The notes beneath the pieces were generated by a model. That model searched no databases. It was not told where the DNA came from and worked only from the letters and a program-made list of their open reading frames with translations. Shown in pieces: positions 51,288 to 62,447 of a stretch of DNA of 64,000 bases (position 1 is its first letter; each line of letters starts with the position of its first letter). Location of the stretch: contig OZ287756.1 of NCBI GenBank assembly GCA_965649765.1, positions 47,492,001 through 47,556,000 on the forward strand. The letters are read 5' to 3'. Source of the DNA: Bispira polyomma. Lineage: Eukaryota. The position numbers and the translations under genes were made by a program.

Positions 51288-52118
51288 CAGTAAAGATGGG
51301 TAACTTGTCACCATGTCGTAATATATCCAGGGGTTTTCTATCAAAGGCACTTGTTCAATGGAATCAGTCTCTGTGACATCCACAAATATACTATCACATC
51401 TGTTCGCTCCCTCCTTCTGACAACATTTTCTCCCTGTGACAGTCATGTCCAATTCAGGTAAATTGAAATCCTCCTGTCTGTGCTCAGTACTTTTGTATTT
51501 AGTCCTAACAGAAGTACTATTTAAACCCTTATGCACAATTTTCAGGTGTTGATTTTTTTGATTTATGGCTATATCACTATCTGAAGCTCCATTAGTTATG
51601 GAATCCCTGTTAATACCAGAACTGTCTTCATCTACTACACCTTTTTCAAAAGACACATTAGATAGTGATACATCCAAGTCTTTCTTTATATGTTCTCTGG
51701 TATCACTTAAAGTCCTATTTTTTCCATGCTTATGCAGATGACCTTGAGTTCTTGTATTTGTAACTTTGTTTTTTGTATCATCATTCTTTGTTTCTTCAAA
51801 CCTTCTCTCTTCAGACATCTGTAAATCACCTTGATTTCCAGCCTCAGGTTCTATGATAGACAGATTTACCTGGTTCTCTTTAGTCCCATCATTTGCTACC
51901 TGACTTTCTAGTTCACCAGTATCTTCAATGACCCCTATACCCCCTGTGGCATCACACTGCCCTCCACAGTCTATAGCCACCACCCTACAGGTTCTAGGTT
52001 GGAATATGTTGGTAAGAGTGTGTGGTACAGTGTAGAGTTTGATGAATGCTACTAGCATGGCTGTGGCAGTGATGAGACAAAGACTGCTCAGCAAAGTGGC
52101 AACCAACCTCCTCCTCAT
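51288..52118 (-). CDS. First coding exon of BK-beta (KCNMB)/TipE-like two-TM protein
   Basis: ATG at 52118. MRRR is followed by hydrophobic TM1, then F.PRTC.VV..DC...C, a long polar insert, and CC...RCDSIFV. Donor CTG|GTATGT at 51288/51287, phase 0, compatible with the 30892 exon. A possible upstream acceptor TTATTACAG at 52532 would mark a 5' UTR. Confidence 0.78.
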
Positions 52119-55100
52119 TATCAAAGACTGTCTAAAGGGGTTAATCCATTGTTACCCTTATATATTTGAAACACAACGTCAACAGTTTTCGGCAGTTTTA
52201 TCAAAAGAAGTTTTTCTAATAATAGAGGTGTACAAATTATCCAAAACATCCCATTCAGCTATTTCACAATTTGTACAGTTGATTTCATATATATTCCTAA
52301 TCTGATAACATCACATTTTCGCAGAATGTCTGATTTTTGGTTTTTTTTATCCATGCCATGGACAAAACCAAAAACATAAGTACATATTGTTGCTTATACT
52401 GTAAACTGTTGGTAATCCTATATTTTCCTATGATATTTTCCTGTCAGATATATATATCATAAATAATCACCTTTAGAATCATTATAAACACCTTTGTGAA
52501 TGGGTTGTCTCGGAAGCACTTCCAGCAACACCTGTAATAAACAAATTTAACAAGAATTATTTAAGTTAATAAAATATATATCAACTACTACATTAGTATA
52601 TTGTCTGGTATAAATGTGTGATGAATCTATTTCACTTAATGGAACTCCCTTGAAACATCATGTACTACACATCTGTCAATAAATGAGAGATTTTTCTTTA
52701 AAGATAAAGCTAACAACTTTACTTTGCCATAGACCTTTATCCCATTTTAAAGTTGTCACTTCAAATGTTCACTCTAGCCGGGTTGGTTTTATTTTCTGCA
52801 GAGAGTATGAATGTTCTGTATTGACTGAATTTGTGGAGCAATTTTAACCATATAGATAATCAACTATTTTTTATTTTATTTTTTGTGCTTTAATGCAATA
52901 AACTCTGCCTGACAGTAATGACTTCAGTTATTTGCTCTCATAATAAATCATGTTACAGTGGCTGATTTTTTTTGCAGTTAAATAGATCATTCATAACCAA
53001 ACCACCAAAGTCAATTAACTATATGCATATAGCTTGCTCCATTTGTTTAGTACACCTTTGCAAAATGACATAGTGAGTATCGGTTAACTAGTATAATCCT
53101 CTGGATTCGTACTTTGTAGAATTGACTAAAGTCAAAAGAATATTCTTGATTGTAAATAATTGAAAGCCCACACAGTAGAGTGTATACCTCTACAATGCAC
53201 CACAGTGACAAAAAATTTAAAATGAAATCATGGACTATCCCTTTAATCTAAATCTTCTCCAGAAGTTAATGGAATCTTCCTTGGCCCATACCATAAATGT
53301 AAATCGGTTCAGTAGTGTTTTGCTTAATATGATAGATTTTTAACGTGTCTAATTGATGCCAGACATCTAAAATGCAACATCATTGACAAAGTAGTCCATT
53401 TCTGAAGCAAATTTGTGATCAGAGGTGACATTGAGGAGATGTCTATGAAGGGTAGGCGAGGTAGAAGAGATGGGTCCTAAGGTTACTTTTAACGTAATCC
53501 TGGCTAGAAACAAACAAACCAATGGACATGGGCAAAAACTTTGGCCAAGGTGAGAATAAAGTGCCTTCGTCATCATTACAATTAAAAATTACATACTATG
53601 TATGAAGAGTTTGGGTAGTGTAGATGCATTGGGTTCACCTATATACCCTACTCAACCATGGAGCTACCTTATTTAATATGGTCGTATATTATCTATTACC
53701 ATTATTTTTTAAAATTGAAGTAAGAGAGTAAATTGTAATTGATACTGCCGAATGGTAAAACTGCAGTTTAATGTTATTATTTGTTGCTAAGCTCTTATTC
53801 TGAAAATGTCTTATTTTGAATGGCTCTGACTTGCTCTGTATGTTATATTTGTTCATACAGAATTGCCGATATCTACTTAGAAGTGGCAAAACCCAAGAAA
53901 CAGACCCTTTCTGTTATCTGCGTGAAGACTTATTACATGACAAGATTTTACCCTAGGCCTTCAATGGGAGGCACACTATATGTTAGATTTATGATGAACA
54001 GCTAAAAAGTACATGGAAAGCTATTTTTATGGTCTCTTTTTGTCTCAGTAACCTAAATGTGTTTCTGAGAAAGAGAAATAAATTAGATAAGCATATCAAA
54101 AGAGGCACTTCTGTATCAGTATAAGTGGTCCTTAACAGCTAAGCTATAAATTGGGCTACTTAGAAACAAGGTTTTATTGTGTGGGTTTTTGGAGACAGAG
54201 AATTAGTAATGAAGAAGTACAATTAGGTTTACAGAACTGTAACTTTACAAAAACAACATTATCTAAACAGTAAACCAGAGAACAATGCAACTTTCCAGTA
54301 TTACAATTAAAATTATAACAAATAAACCATTCATTTATTAGTCAATATATAAACCTAAATGTTTTTTTTTTCTTTTAATTGGAAAATGTGACTTTAATGA
54401 AGACTTCAAAAATAGTTTTTAAGGTATATGTGAAGATATAAGGTAATATATGTCAAAGGTCACAAACAGTTAAATATCCTTATATTAAAGTTGCAACTTC
54501 TCGGTGCTCTCTATGATGATAATAGCTTTTAACATAGCAAATAGCAAACAAAAACTTGCCCTAAACTATTGTCAAGATCTAACTTATAATAATATATTTG
54601 CTGCCTTAACAAAAGCCTTTGTTTTTGGGGTCACCATGCTGTGACAGGAGTATAAGTTATTGATCCACGATATCGTGACATTATCAAAAATAATTTTAAA
54701 AATTTAATTGTGTAATTTATTGTTCACTGAGTGCGTCCAAACTTTATTACAATGTATGTACATAGGATTAAATTATTATATCTTTGCGATTATTGTTCAA
54801 ACTACAAAAAAATGATTGTATTTCATCTTCTTTGATTTAGCTCTTCATATAGGTTCATGTCATTGCATTCATCCATATGATTGAGAACAATTTGTTCAAT
54901 TACTGTTAACTATTTTATTTTAATTAAAATTTAACTTCCAACGAAATTCAGACACATGAAAGTTGGAGCCATTAACATAATACAATAAATGTTTGATATT
55001 TCTTAATTTATTCCAGTATATTCGAGTAAAGTACTGAAACGGCCATGGCTATTTCGAAAGTGCTAAGCCATTTTACAACATAGAACACAGCCACAGTTTA

Positions 55101-57570
55101 TACACAAGTATGTTGTCTTAGACATTAGTTAATATTATTTTAGCCAGATAAAGGTACATTAAACTAATCAAGAAGATAGTAGTCTATGATTAAATGGGTT
55201 AACCTTACAGCAAATTCTATTATTAAAAACCTGGAAAAATAGTTTACCTTACTTTATGATGAAGCTATATCCCACAAATCCAGAATAAAACTGATTACAT
55301 AAACATTCAGTCTCCCTTGCGTGTTTTACCTGAAAACTGGAATACCTACTTGGCAAACATTCAGTGATAATAGGCATAACTTTTTTATCAATAATACAAA
55401 AAGTGTCATAATAATACCCAACCTTCGATGCTAAATAAACAAATCCTGAGTGCTATCCATAACAACTAACAGTAAAGAAGCAGACCTATTAAACTAATAG
55501 ATCTCTTGTTGTAGTAGTGCCGTGTGGCTCAAATGAAAGAAAGCTTTAAAAAACATGCCTCTTAAGAAAGAAAAAAAATATGAGCTTGTTAAAAGGATAA
55601 CACTACAGAGTATCCTTTAAAACAGCATGCAGTTCTATATGTGATAAACCCCCTGATCTAAGTGATCTTTTGGCTTTCTGTTACAGATATAAATGGAATC
55701 TTCTATCCTCTTTTATGATGTCTATGCAGATATTTGCACTTGCATTTTGTTAGTAGTATTAGTACTGTTAATAATTTGTATAAACTGTCGCCATGCTAAG
55801 TATATATGAATAGCCTGACATCTCCAAGCATCAGGTAAAATAATTGCTGTTTCCCATAAATTGCATTTGGTTTTCCATTCCAAACACCTATTTGTACTTC
55901 ATGTCAATATTCTAATGAAATTTATAACATAAAGTCTGAACAACATTTCAATATACTAATAAAATCTACAACATGAAGTCTGAAATACAATCTATTATGT
56001 GTTAATGATGTAAAACTATCCCAATATCTTTGTGTAATACAATAACCTAACAACTTGTTTTTCAAAAATTATCCAAACCTAACTCTATTCTACTACTCTA
56101 CGAGACGAGAAGATTCCATCAGTTCTTTAGTCAAGCCTCTACTTGACTAAAACATCACCACATATATAGGTAGGTCAACATATCCTCGTGACAAAAATCA
56201 AACTTCACCTACTGATGGTCCAATCCGTTCCTTTATACTCACTGTTGATAGAGTCTCACAAGCTAAAGCCAAGCACTTCAAACAAACTCAGTGATCACAC
56301 ACACACACACACCATAACTGTCGATGTCAGGGTTATTTCGTTCTATCCTCCAGCCAAGATATCTGATCTAATGTGGCAAACTTAATAACCTGCTCCAATT
56401 AATAGTCTTTCCCCACCACTATCCATTTATCAATTTACTGCCAGTGTCATAAACACCATTTAATGTACGATAATAGCACCCTTGCCTTTGTTAGAAAACA
56501 GCAGCAACACATGAAATTCAGATGTCCACAAAAAAATACATGCGGTTGCTGTGAATAGCACCTGTTATTATCCCTGTAATCTTACGAAAGATAAAATATG
56601 CTAATCAGCTGTGAGTGACGTCACTAAAACGTCATTTCCCGAAGCCCGTTCGTTCAAGCTGTTGTTGGTTTATTACCGTGATCTCTGCAAAGATGATATT
56701 TGTCTAAATGTGTAGCAAAGCTAAAAGTCAGTGTCAATGAAATAAGTCCTGATTTGAAAGAATAAATGGCATATAATCAATACATTTACCCTCGTGTGTA
56801 GCAATCAGTTAGGTGGCTTTAATTACAATGTAAAGTTAAGTTCTGTTTACATCTTTGGTTATACACTGAGGTTGAAGTTGTAAGCATGAGATACTCATTA
56901 AGTTTCCATGGCAAGGTTGCAATTTAGAGAAGCCTTTTTATTCCCATTTTATGTGGCAAGTTGTCAGTACGATGGTTTGATCTCATTTCACCACTAAATG
57001 TACATGGGCTATCAAATCAGCACTGATGTAAAGAGGTATACCTAATGTCTGGTTGTCTATTTAGGAGATGGCTGGCTATGTATATGCATACTAAGTACCT
57101 TATTTTTTCGAATGAATGAATACACAATATTGATACATTATTATAAAGTGTATGAAAGGCATCTTATGAATGATGCAAACAGTGAAAAATATTATGGACC
57201 TCCTTAAAGACACCTAAAATAACAAGTATTTTAACTATGACTGGGGGGCACTTTGTCATTTAGTTTTGTATTTGATGGTCTTTAATCTATGGAATAGTTT
57301 ACATCATTGCACCGGGACAGTTCCTACCCATTCCTTCTGTAACAGATACTTGTTTAATGATGCATACCCTCCAACCAAAGATGTCTCCTGGATATTTGAT
57401 GTTGATCTTTTTCTGTTCATCAATAATCAATAAAATTAATATCATATACAACTTTCAACTGTAGATCACCAAATAATAGAACTATTGTTAGACAGCTTTC
57501 AGTGTAAATATTTATAACACTGACAGAGTAAGATATAGGTAGGCAATATTTATAGGCAATAATACAAACT

Positions 57571-57712
57571 ACCATCCCCATATCCTCTTCATCCCCATAT
57601 GCTTTCTATTCCCATATGCTTTCCATCTCCATATGCTTTTTATCCCGATATGTTTTTCATCCCTTTATGCTTTTCATATCCGTATGCTTTCCATCCCCAT
57701 TTGCTTTCCATG
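57571..57712 (+). repeat. ~19-20-bp minisatellite CATCCCCATATGCTTTC
   Basis: About 7 degenerate tandem units. Confidence 0.85.
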
Positions 57713-58235
57713 TTTTGAAATGAATGGTCGTAGAAAGGCAGATCCAGTGAGTTAAGTTTTTTTTAGGTTTTCTTTAGGATACTGCTGCAGCTTGGACGTA
57801 TGCCATCTACTGAGTACCCCTTTAACCAAAAGATAAGTCACAGATGACACAGTGATTTCCCTCTCACAAAATATCATTTTCTCCATGTGACATTACAAGA
57901 TGACTTATCAGTTTCTTGAGATGACGTTTAATTTTGCTTTGTGTTCGGTCAGAGTTTTTAAAAAGAGAGAGTAAATTTCCATAAAATACAAAACCCTGTT
58001 TGAATAGTTTGTAAGGCAGCGCCCCAGGGCTGGCGTTCTCAGTTCTTGGGGTACCAGTCTTCCTCTCCACGCTTCATTGATTGCAGTAGTATATAAAGCG
58101 ACCGTCTTCAAATTACCCGCCATTATAACAATAGCGTTTACACTTTTAGGCGGACATCTTGGAAATTCGATGTTTATGTCTGATTATTTGACTGGTTTTA
58201 GTGTTTTTAGTTGATTTTATTCATTGTATTTTACA

Positions 58236-59267
58236 ATGCCGGCAGTTTTTAATTGTTCCAAATGCTTAGGAAAGCTGGAGAGGCCAGTTGGGTCAGCTTG
58301 TACTAATGAAATTGTGTCTGATGTCTCTGCCAAGGCTGTCTTGTCTGAGGATTCATCTGCTCCATCAATGACCACAGGTTTGGAATCTAACTTAGTGTCT
58401 AATCAAATGTTGTTGCAATTACAATCTATGGCACAAATGATGGAGCGGATGGATCAACGAGTCCAACAGACGGAAGCGGCTTTAGCAGCAGACAAAAATC
58501 AGGCAAGTAGTATTTCAAATTCTAGTGTAAATCCTGGCGTCGCTAGTAGTTCTGTGAACAATGTCAGTGCCGAAACGTTGCCCTCTGATAATATAATTCC
58601 AGGGATTGATTTTCTACAGAAAAACACTCAGATTCAGAATCAAGTAGAAGTAAGTTTAGCTGAGCTTAAGCAGTTGAATGAAAATGCGAATCCAGGTAAA
58701 TTGAAATCTCAAAGGGGGGGGGGCGTTGATGTGCTAGTCAAACGCGTTGTCGAGTGGCCGCAGAATCATGTTTTGCCAGGCAACTTTAAGTCCAGACCCA
58801 CATACGACGACCTATCTTTAAACCAGTGGGTATGTGGGTTTACCCGTATAATTCATGAAGAAAAATTGAATGAAACTCGTGAGATAATGCTTGATTATAT
58901 GGCAAATTTGATGGAGGATGCGGAGGACTTCTCTTGGGAAGCCGCGAAAGCATGTCATGCCATTGTCCTTACTCATATGGAGATGGACAAGCTTAACTGG
59001 TCGGACGTTGATAAGTTGGACAGATTTCGCAGAGCGCATGCCCACCGACATATTATTAGCAACAGCTCGGTCAGTGTCAGTCGTGGTTCAAACAAGAGTA
59101 ATGCCCAAGGTAAGCCATCAACTGCCAATTGTAAATTTTACCAAGATGGCTCATGCAAATTCCCCAACAGCCACAAAACAGGTAATATCTATTTTAAACA
59201 CGTGTGTGAAGCCTGTGGGGGAACACACAAGACCAACACCTGTAGCAAGAAAAATGCAAAAAACTGA
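58236..59267 (+). CDS. gag-like ORF1 of DIRS element
   Basis: Intact ~343-aa frame with coiled coil, KLKS..G..VEWPQ..YDDLS..QWV.GF core and a C-terminal Cys/His finger CKFYQDGSC...H...HVCEACGGTH...C. Confidence 0.85.
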   Translation: MPAVFNCSKCLGKLERPVGSACTNEIVSDVSAKAVLSEDSSAPSMTTGLESNLVSNQMLLQLQSMAQMMERMDQRVQQTEAALAADKNQASSISNSSVNPGVASSSVNNVSAETLPSDNIIPGIDFLQKNTQIQNQVEVSLAELKQLNENANPGKLKSQRGGGVDVLVKRVVEWPQNHVLPGNFKSRPTYDDLSLNQWVCGFTRIIHEEKLNETREIMLDYMANLMEDAEDFSWEAAKACHAIVLTHMEMDKLNWSDVDKLDRFRRAHAHRHIISNSSVSVSRGSNKSNAQGKPSTANCKFYQDGSCKFPNSHKTGNIYFKHVCEACGGTHKTNTCSKKNAKN

Positions 59268-60109
59268 GTAGCCACTGCAGTTTAGCAGTGGCAAATCAAG
59301 AAATTCATGTCTATTCACAAACTTTTTATAAGTCAAAATTCAGTGATTTGCACTTGTTCGATAAAGCTGCAATAGCTAAAATGCTTGCATACAGTAAAGA
59401 TACACGGCCATGTTATTCTTACAGCGAAGCGTTGAAAAAGGTAAATAAAAGTAAATATGGTGATGGAAAACCTGTAAATACATGTGATTATGACAAGGTG
59501 AGTGAATGTGTGGGGGAAATTCGGACCTGTGTAAAGAAAGTGCACAGGCAGGTCCTCCCACGCATTCACAAAAAACCGATTGTAAATAATGTCAATAAGT
59601 TCCCCTTTGTTCCTTCCAAGTGACGTAAAAGCAACAGCTGTGAGTTGGACCAAAGTGTTACCATTGTAAATTCGAACAAAATTAACACGTGTCGCACTTC
59701 TGTGTGGTATAATAGATATCACCCCCTCAGCCAAACCAATGTTGCCCTGGGCAGCAATGGGGAGGTCAAGGGTAGTGGAAGTGCAAGTATGGATGCCTAT
59801 AAGGGTCCTCAACAACCAATAGTTAACAAAACCAGTGATGCCAATGGCAAATGTCAAGGCAAGGTTCCTTGCATAAAGACCCATAAGGAAACAAATTTGG
59901 GTGATTTAGTTGCCTCCTCTGATAAATATGCATTAGAGCTCAAGCAGAAACGTAATAAACGAGATTTGCTGGCCAAGGCCTTGTCTAATAAAACTCATCA
60001 AAAATGGAAAGAGCAGAACAATGTAAGTTATGGGTTTACCCCTCTCACAACTCTGGGATGCAGAATTCTGGATAACGCCTAAAAAAATCATGGTCTCGAT
60101 GTTTTTGAA

Positions 60110-61466
60110 ATGCATTCTAAACTGCGGGGGATGGGAGACATAACTATAAGGGCTTACAACTGGCGGTAAAATCCCAATTAAATGCTGACAAATGGAAAGA
60201 CTATCTTACTGACTACTGGGACTGGCAATTGCCATTGCTGGTGAAATATGGCTTCCCTTTGGATGTGTGTAGAGATTAAATTAGTCAAACCGAAAATCCC
60301 AATCATAGTTCAGCTGAAAGTTTTCCAGAGCATATAGAAGCTTATCTTGAGGAAGAGTGTAAATTTGGGGCGATATTAGGCCCTTTTAAAGAACCCCCTC
60401 TTAAACAATTACATTGCTCACCTATGATGACACGAGAGAAATCCAGTTCTGTTAACAGGAGAGTTATAGTGGATCTGAGTTGGCCACAGGGCCACACAGT
60501 AAATGCAGGTGCATCTCAAAATTCCTATCTCGAAACAGAATTTATATTGTCCTATCCGTCTATTGATGACCTCACTAAGGAGGTCACCAGCTTGGGTAAA
60601 GGTTGCAACATATTTAAAGTCGACGTGAGTAGGGCCTTTAGGCACGTGCCTATCAATCCTGGGGACATCAATTTACTAGGTCTGAAGTGGAAGCAATATT
60701 ACATTGATAAGTGTCTCCCCTTTGGGTATCAAAATAAAAGTACTATATTCCAGCGTTTGTCAGACGCGGTCAGATTTATCATGAAGGCGGAAGGACACAA
60801 AGTCCACAACTACATAGATGATTTTTTGACTGTATCGCTTCCAAGTACAATAAATAATACCTATATCAGGTTGCAGGCTCTTCTGAGGTAGCTAGGGCTG
60901 ATAGTAAGTCAGAAAAAGCTAGTGCCCCGTAGTACTCAGGTTGTATGTCTAGGTATACTTATAAATACTGAGAATTTCACTACTTCTATTCCGGCTGAGA
61001 AAATGAGCGAAATTAGGGAAAAATGTGCTACCTGGCAGAATAAACAATATTGTACAAAGAAAGAACTCCAATCCCTGTTAGGGTCTTTATTATATGTGGC
61101 CAAGTGCATAAGATATGCCAGAGTATTTCTTAATCGAATGCTGCAGTTACTTAGGGATAACCACAGCAAGATCAGATTTCGTGTAACTGAGGACTTTAGG
61201 CGTGACCTAAACTGGTTCAGAACCTTTATGCAACAGTTTAATGGGGTTTCCTTTTTTGCACATAAAGCCACCCATGCACAAGTCGAGTTAGATTTTTGCT
61301 TAACTGGCATGGGCAGGATTTGTGGGAATGAAGTTTATAAGTTACAAGTACCCGAGTCTATGACCACTGACAACATTGCCTCCCTGGAAATGATTAACAT
61401 ACTAGTAGCATTGAAACGATGGTCCAGGGTCTGGAAGGGGCATAGAATCCTTTTTAAATGTGATAA
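60110..61466 (+). pseudogene. DIRS-type RT/RNase H (stops present, 3' end cut by L2)
   Basis: VKYGFPL, LHCSPMMTREK, RRVIVDLSWP, FKVDVSRAFR, LPFG, NYIDD, LQSLLGSL, LEMINILVAL, FKCD. Confidence 0.92.
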
Positions 61467-61544
61467 GAGTGTTTTAGCGTGTACCGGGGGAAGACCGCTA
61501 CGGGAAAAATACCATAAAATTTTGTAAAAGATCGTCGTTTATGG

Positions 61545-62005
61545 CTACATCTTTACGTTTATTTGTTACTATTTATGTTTTTCTACCCTTTTTACATTAA
61601 ATTTGAGTAATTTTGCTGTTTTATGTTGTGAATTTAGCTAGATAAATATAATACCCAATTATCGCCCACTTCATTTGGCGGGAGTGGGCCGTACTCTACT
61701 AGTACTATAATATTTTGTAATAAGATCTACATCTGCACGGTTATTTGTTGGTATTTATGTTTTTTCTACCCTTTTTACATTAAATTTGATTAGTTTTGCT
61801 GTTTTATGTTGTGAATTTAGCTAGACAACTATAATAGTCGATTATCGCCCACTTCGTTTGGCGGGAGTGGGCCGTACTCTACTAGATCTATAATATTTTG
61901 TAATAAGATCTACATCTCCACGGTTATTTGTTGGTATTTATGTTTTTCTACCCTTTTTTACATTAAATTTGAGTAATTTTGCTGGTTTACGTTGTTAATT
62001 TAGTC
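61545..62005 (+). repeat. ~183-bp tandem repeat (2.5 copies) in the L2 5' leader
   Basis: CTACATCT..ACG.TTATTTGTT...TTATCGCCCACTTC.TTTGGCGGGAGTGGGCCGTACTCTACTAG is repeated. Confidence 0.9.
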
Positions 62006-62447
62006 TCGTTTTGCTGTTCTATATTGTAAAATTTTTTCCCAATTCTGTACATTTATTTATTACTATTTATGATTTTTCTACTCCTTTTACATTGACTTTT
62101 TATCTCATTTTGCTGTTCTATATTGTAAATTTACCAATATAACCAATATTTACCAATATAATTATTGTCTCATCTTCTGTCTCATCTTCTGTTTTGAGAC
62201 TTTTCGTCTCATTCTGTTGTTCTATATTGTAAATTTGCCAATATAATTATTGTCTCATCTTCTGTTGCTACATGTTTGTGTGGTTGTACTTAGCTTAAGG
62301 TCAGGCTATAGTGTGGGGTGCTAGGGTGCCCGTGAGTCGCTGACGGGACGAAGAATTGTGCGGTGAGTTGTAGGGACAAGCTTTCTGAGGCTCCCCACTG
62401 TTGAGTTCAGGTTAAGGGCTTTTTCTTTTTCTATAACCTCACTAGGC

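Larger units (their letters stand above)
58000..61466 (+). mobile_element. DIRS-order retrotransposon (element 3), 5' part, interrupted by an L2 insertion
   Basis: gag, intervening ORFs, then RT-RNase H similar to element 2. The 5' boundary is approximate and YR would lie beyond the window. Confidence 0.88.

Noticed and set aside
55245-55330. Possible upstream non-coding exon of the minus-strand gene (TTTTCAG...AG|GTAAAC)
   Set aside because: Splice-like motifs alone are too common in AT-rich DNA to support a call.
59333-59884. 183-aa antisense ORF and other antisense/overlapping ORFs within TEs (e.g. 6503-6829, 20757-21173, 60936-61310)
   Set aside because: These are shadow frames of TE coding sequence with no recognisable motifs.
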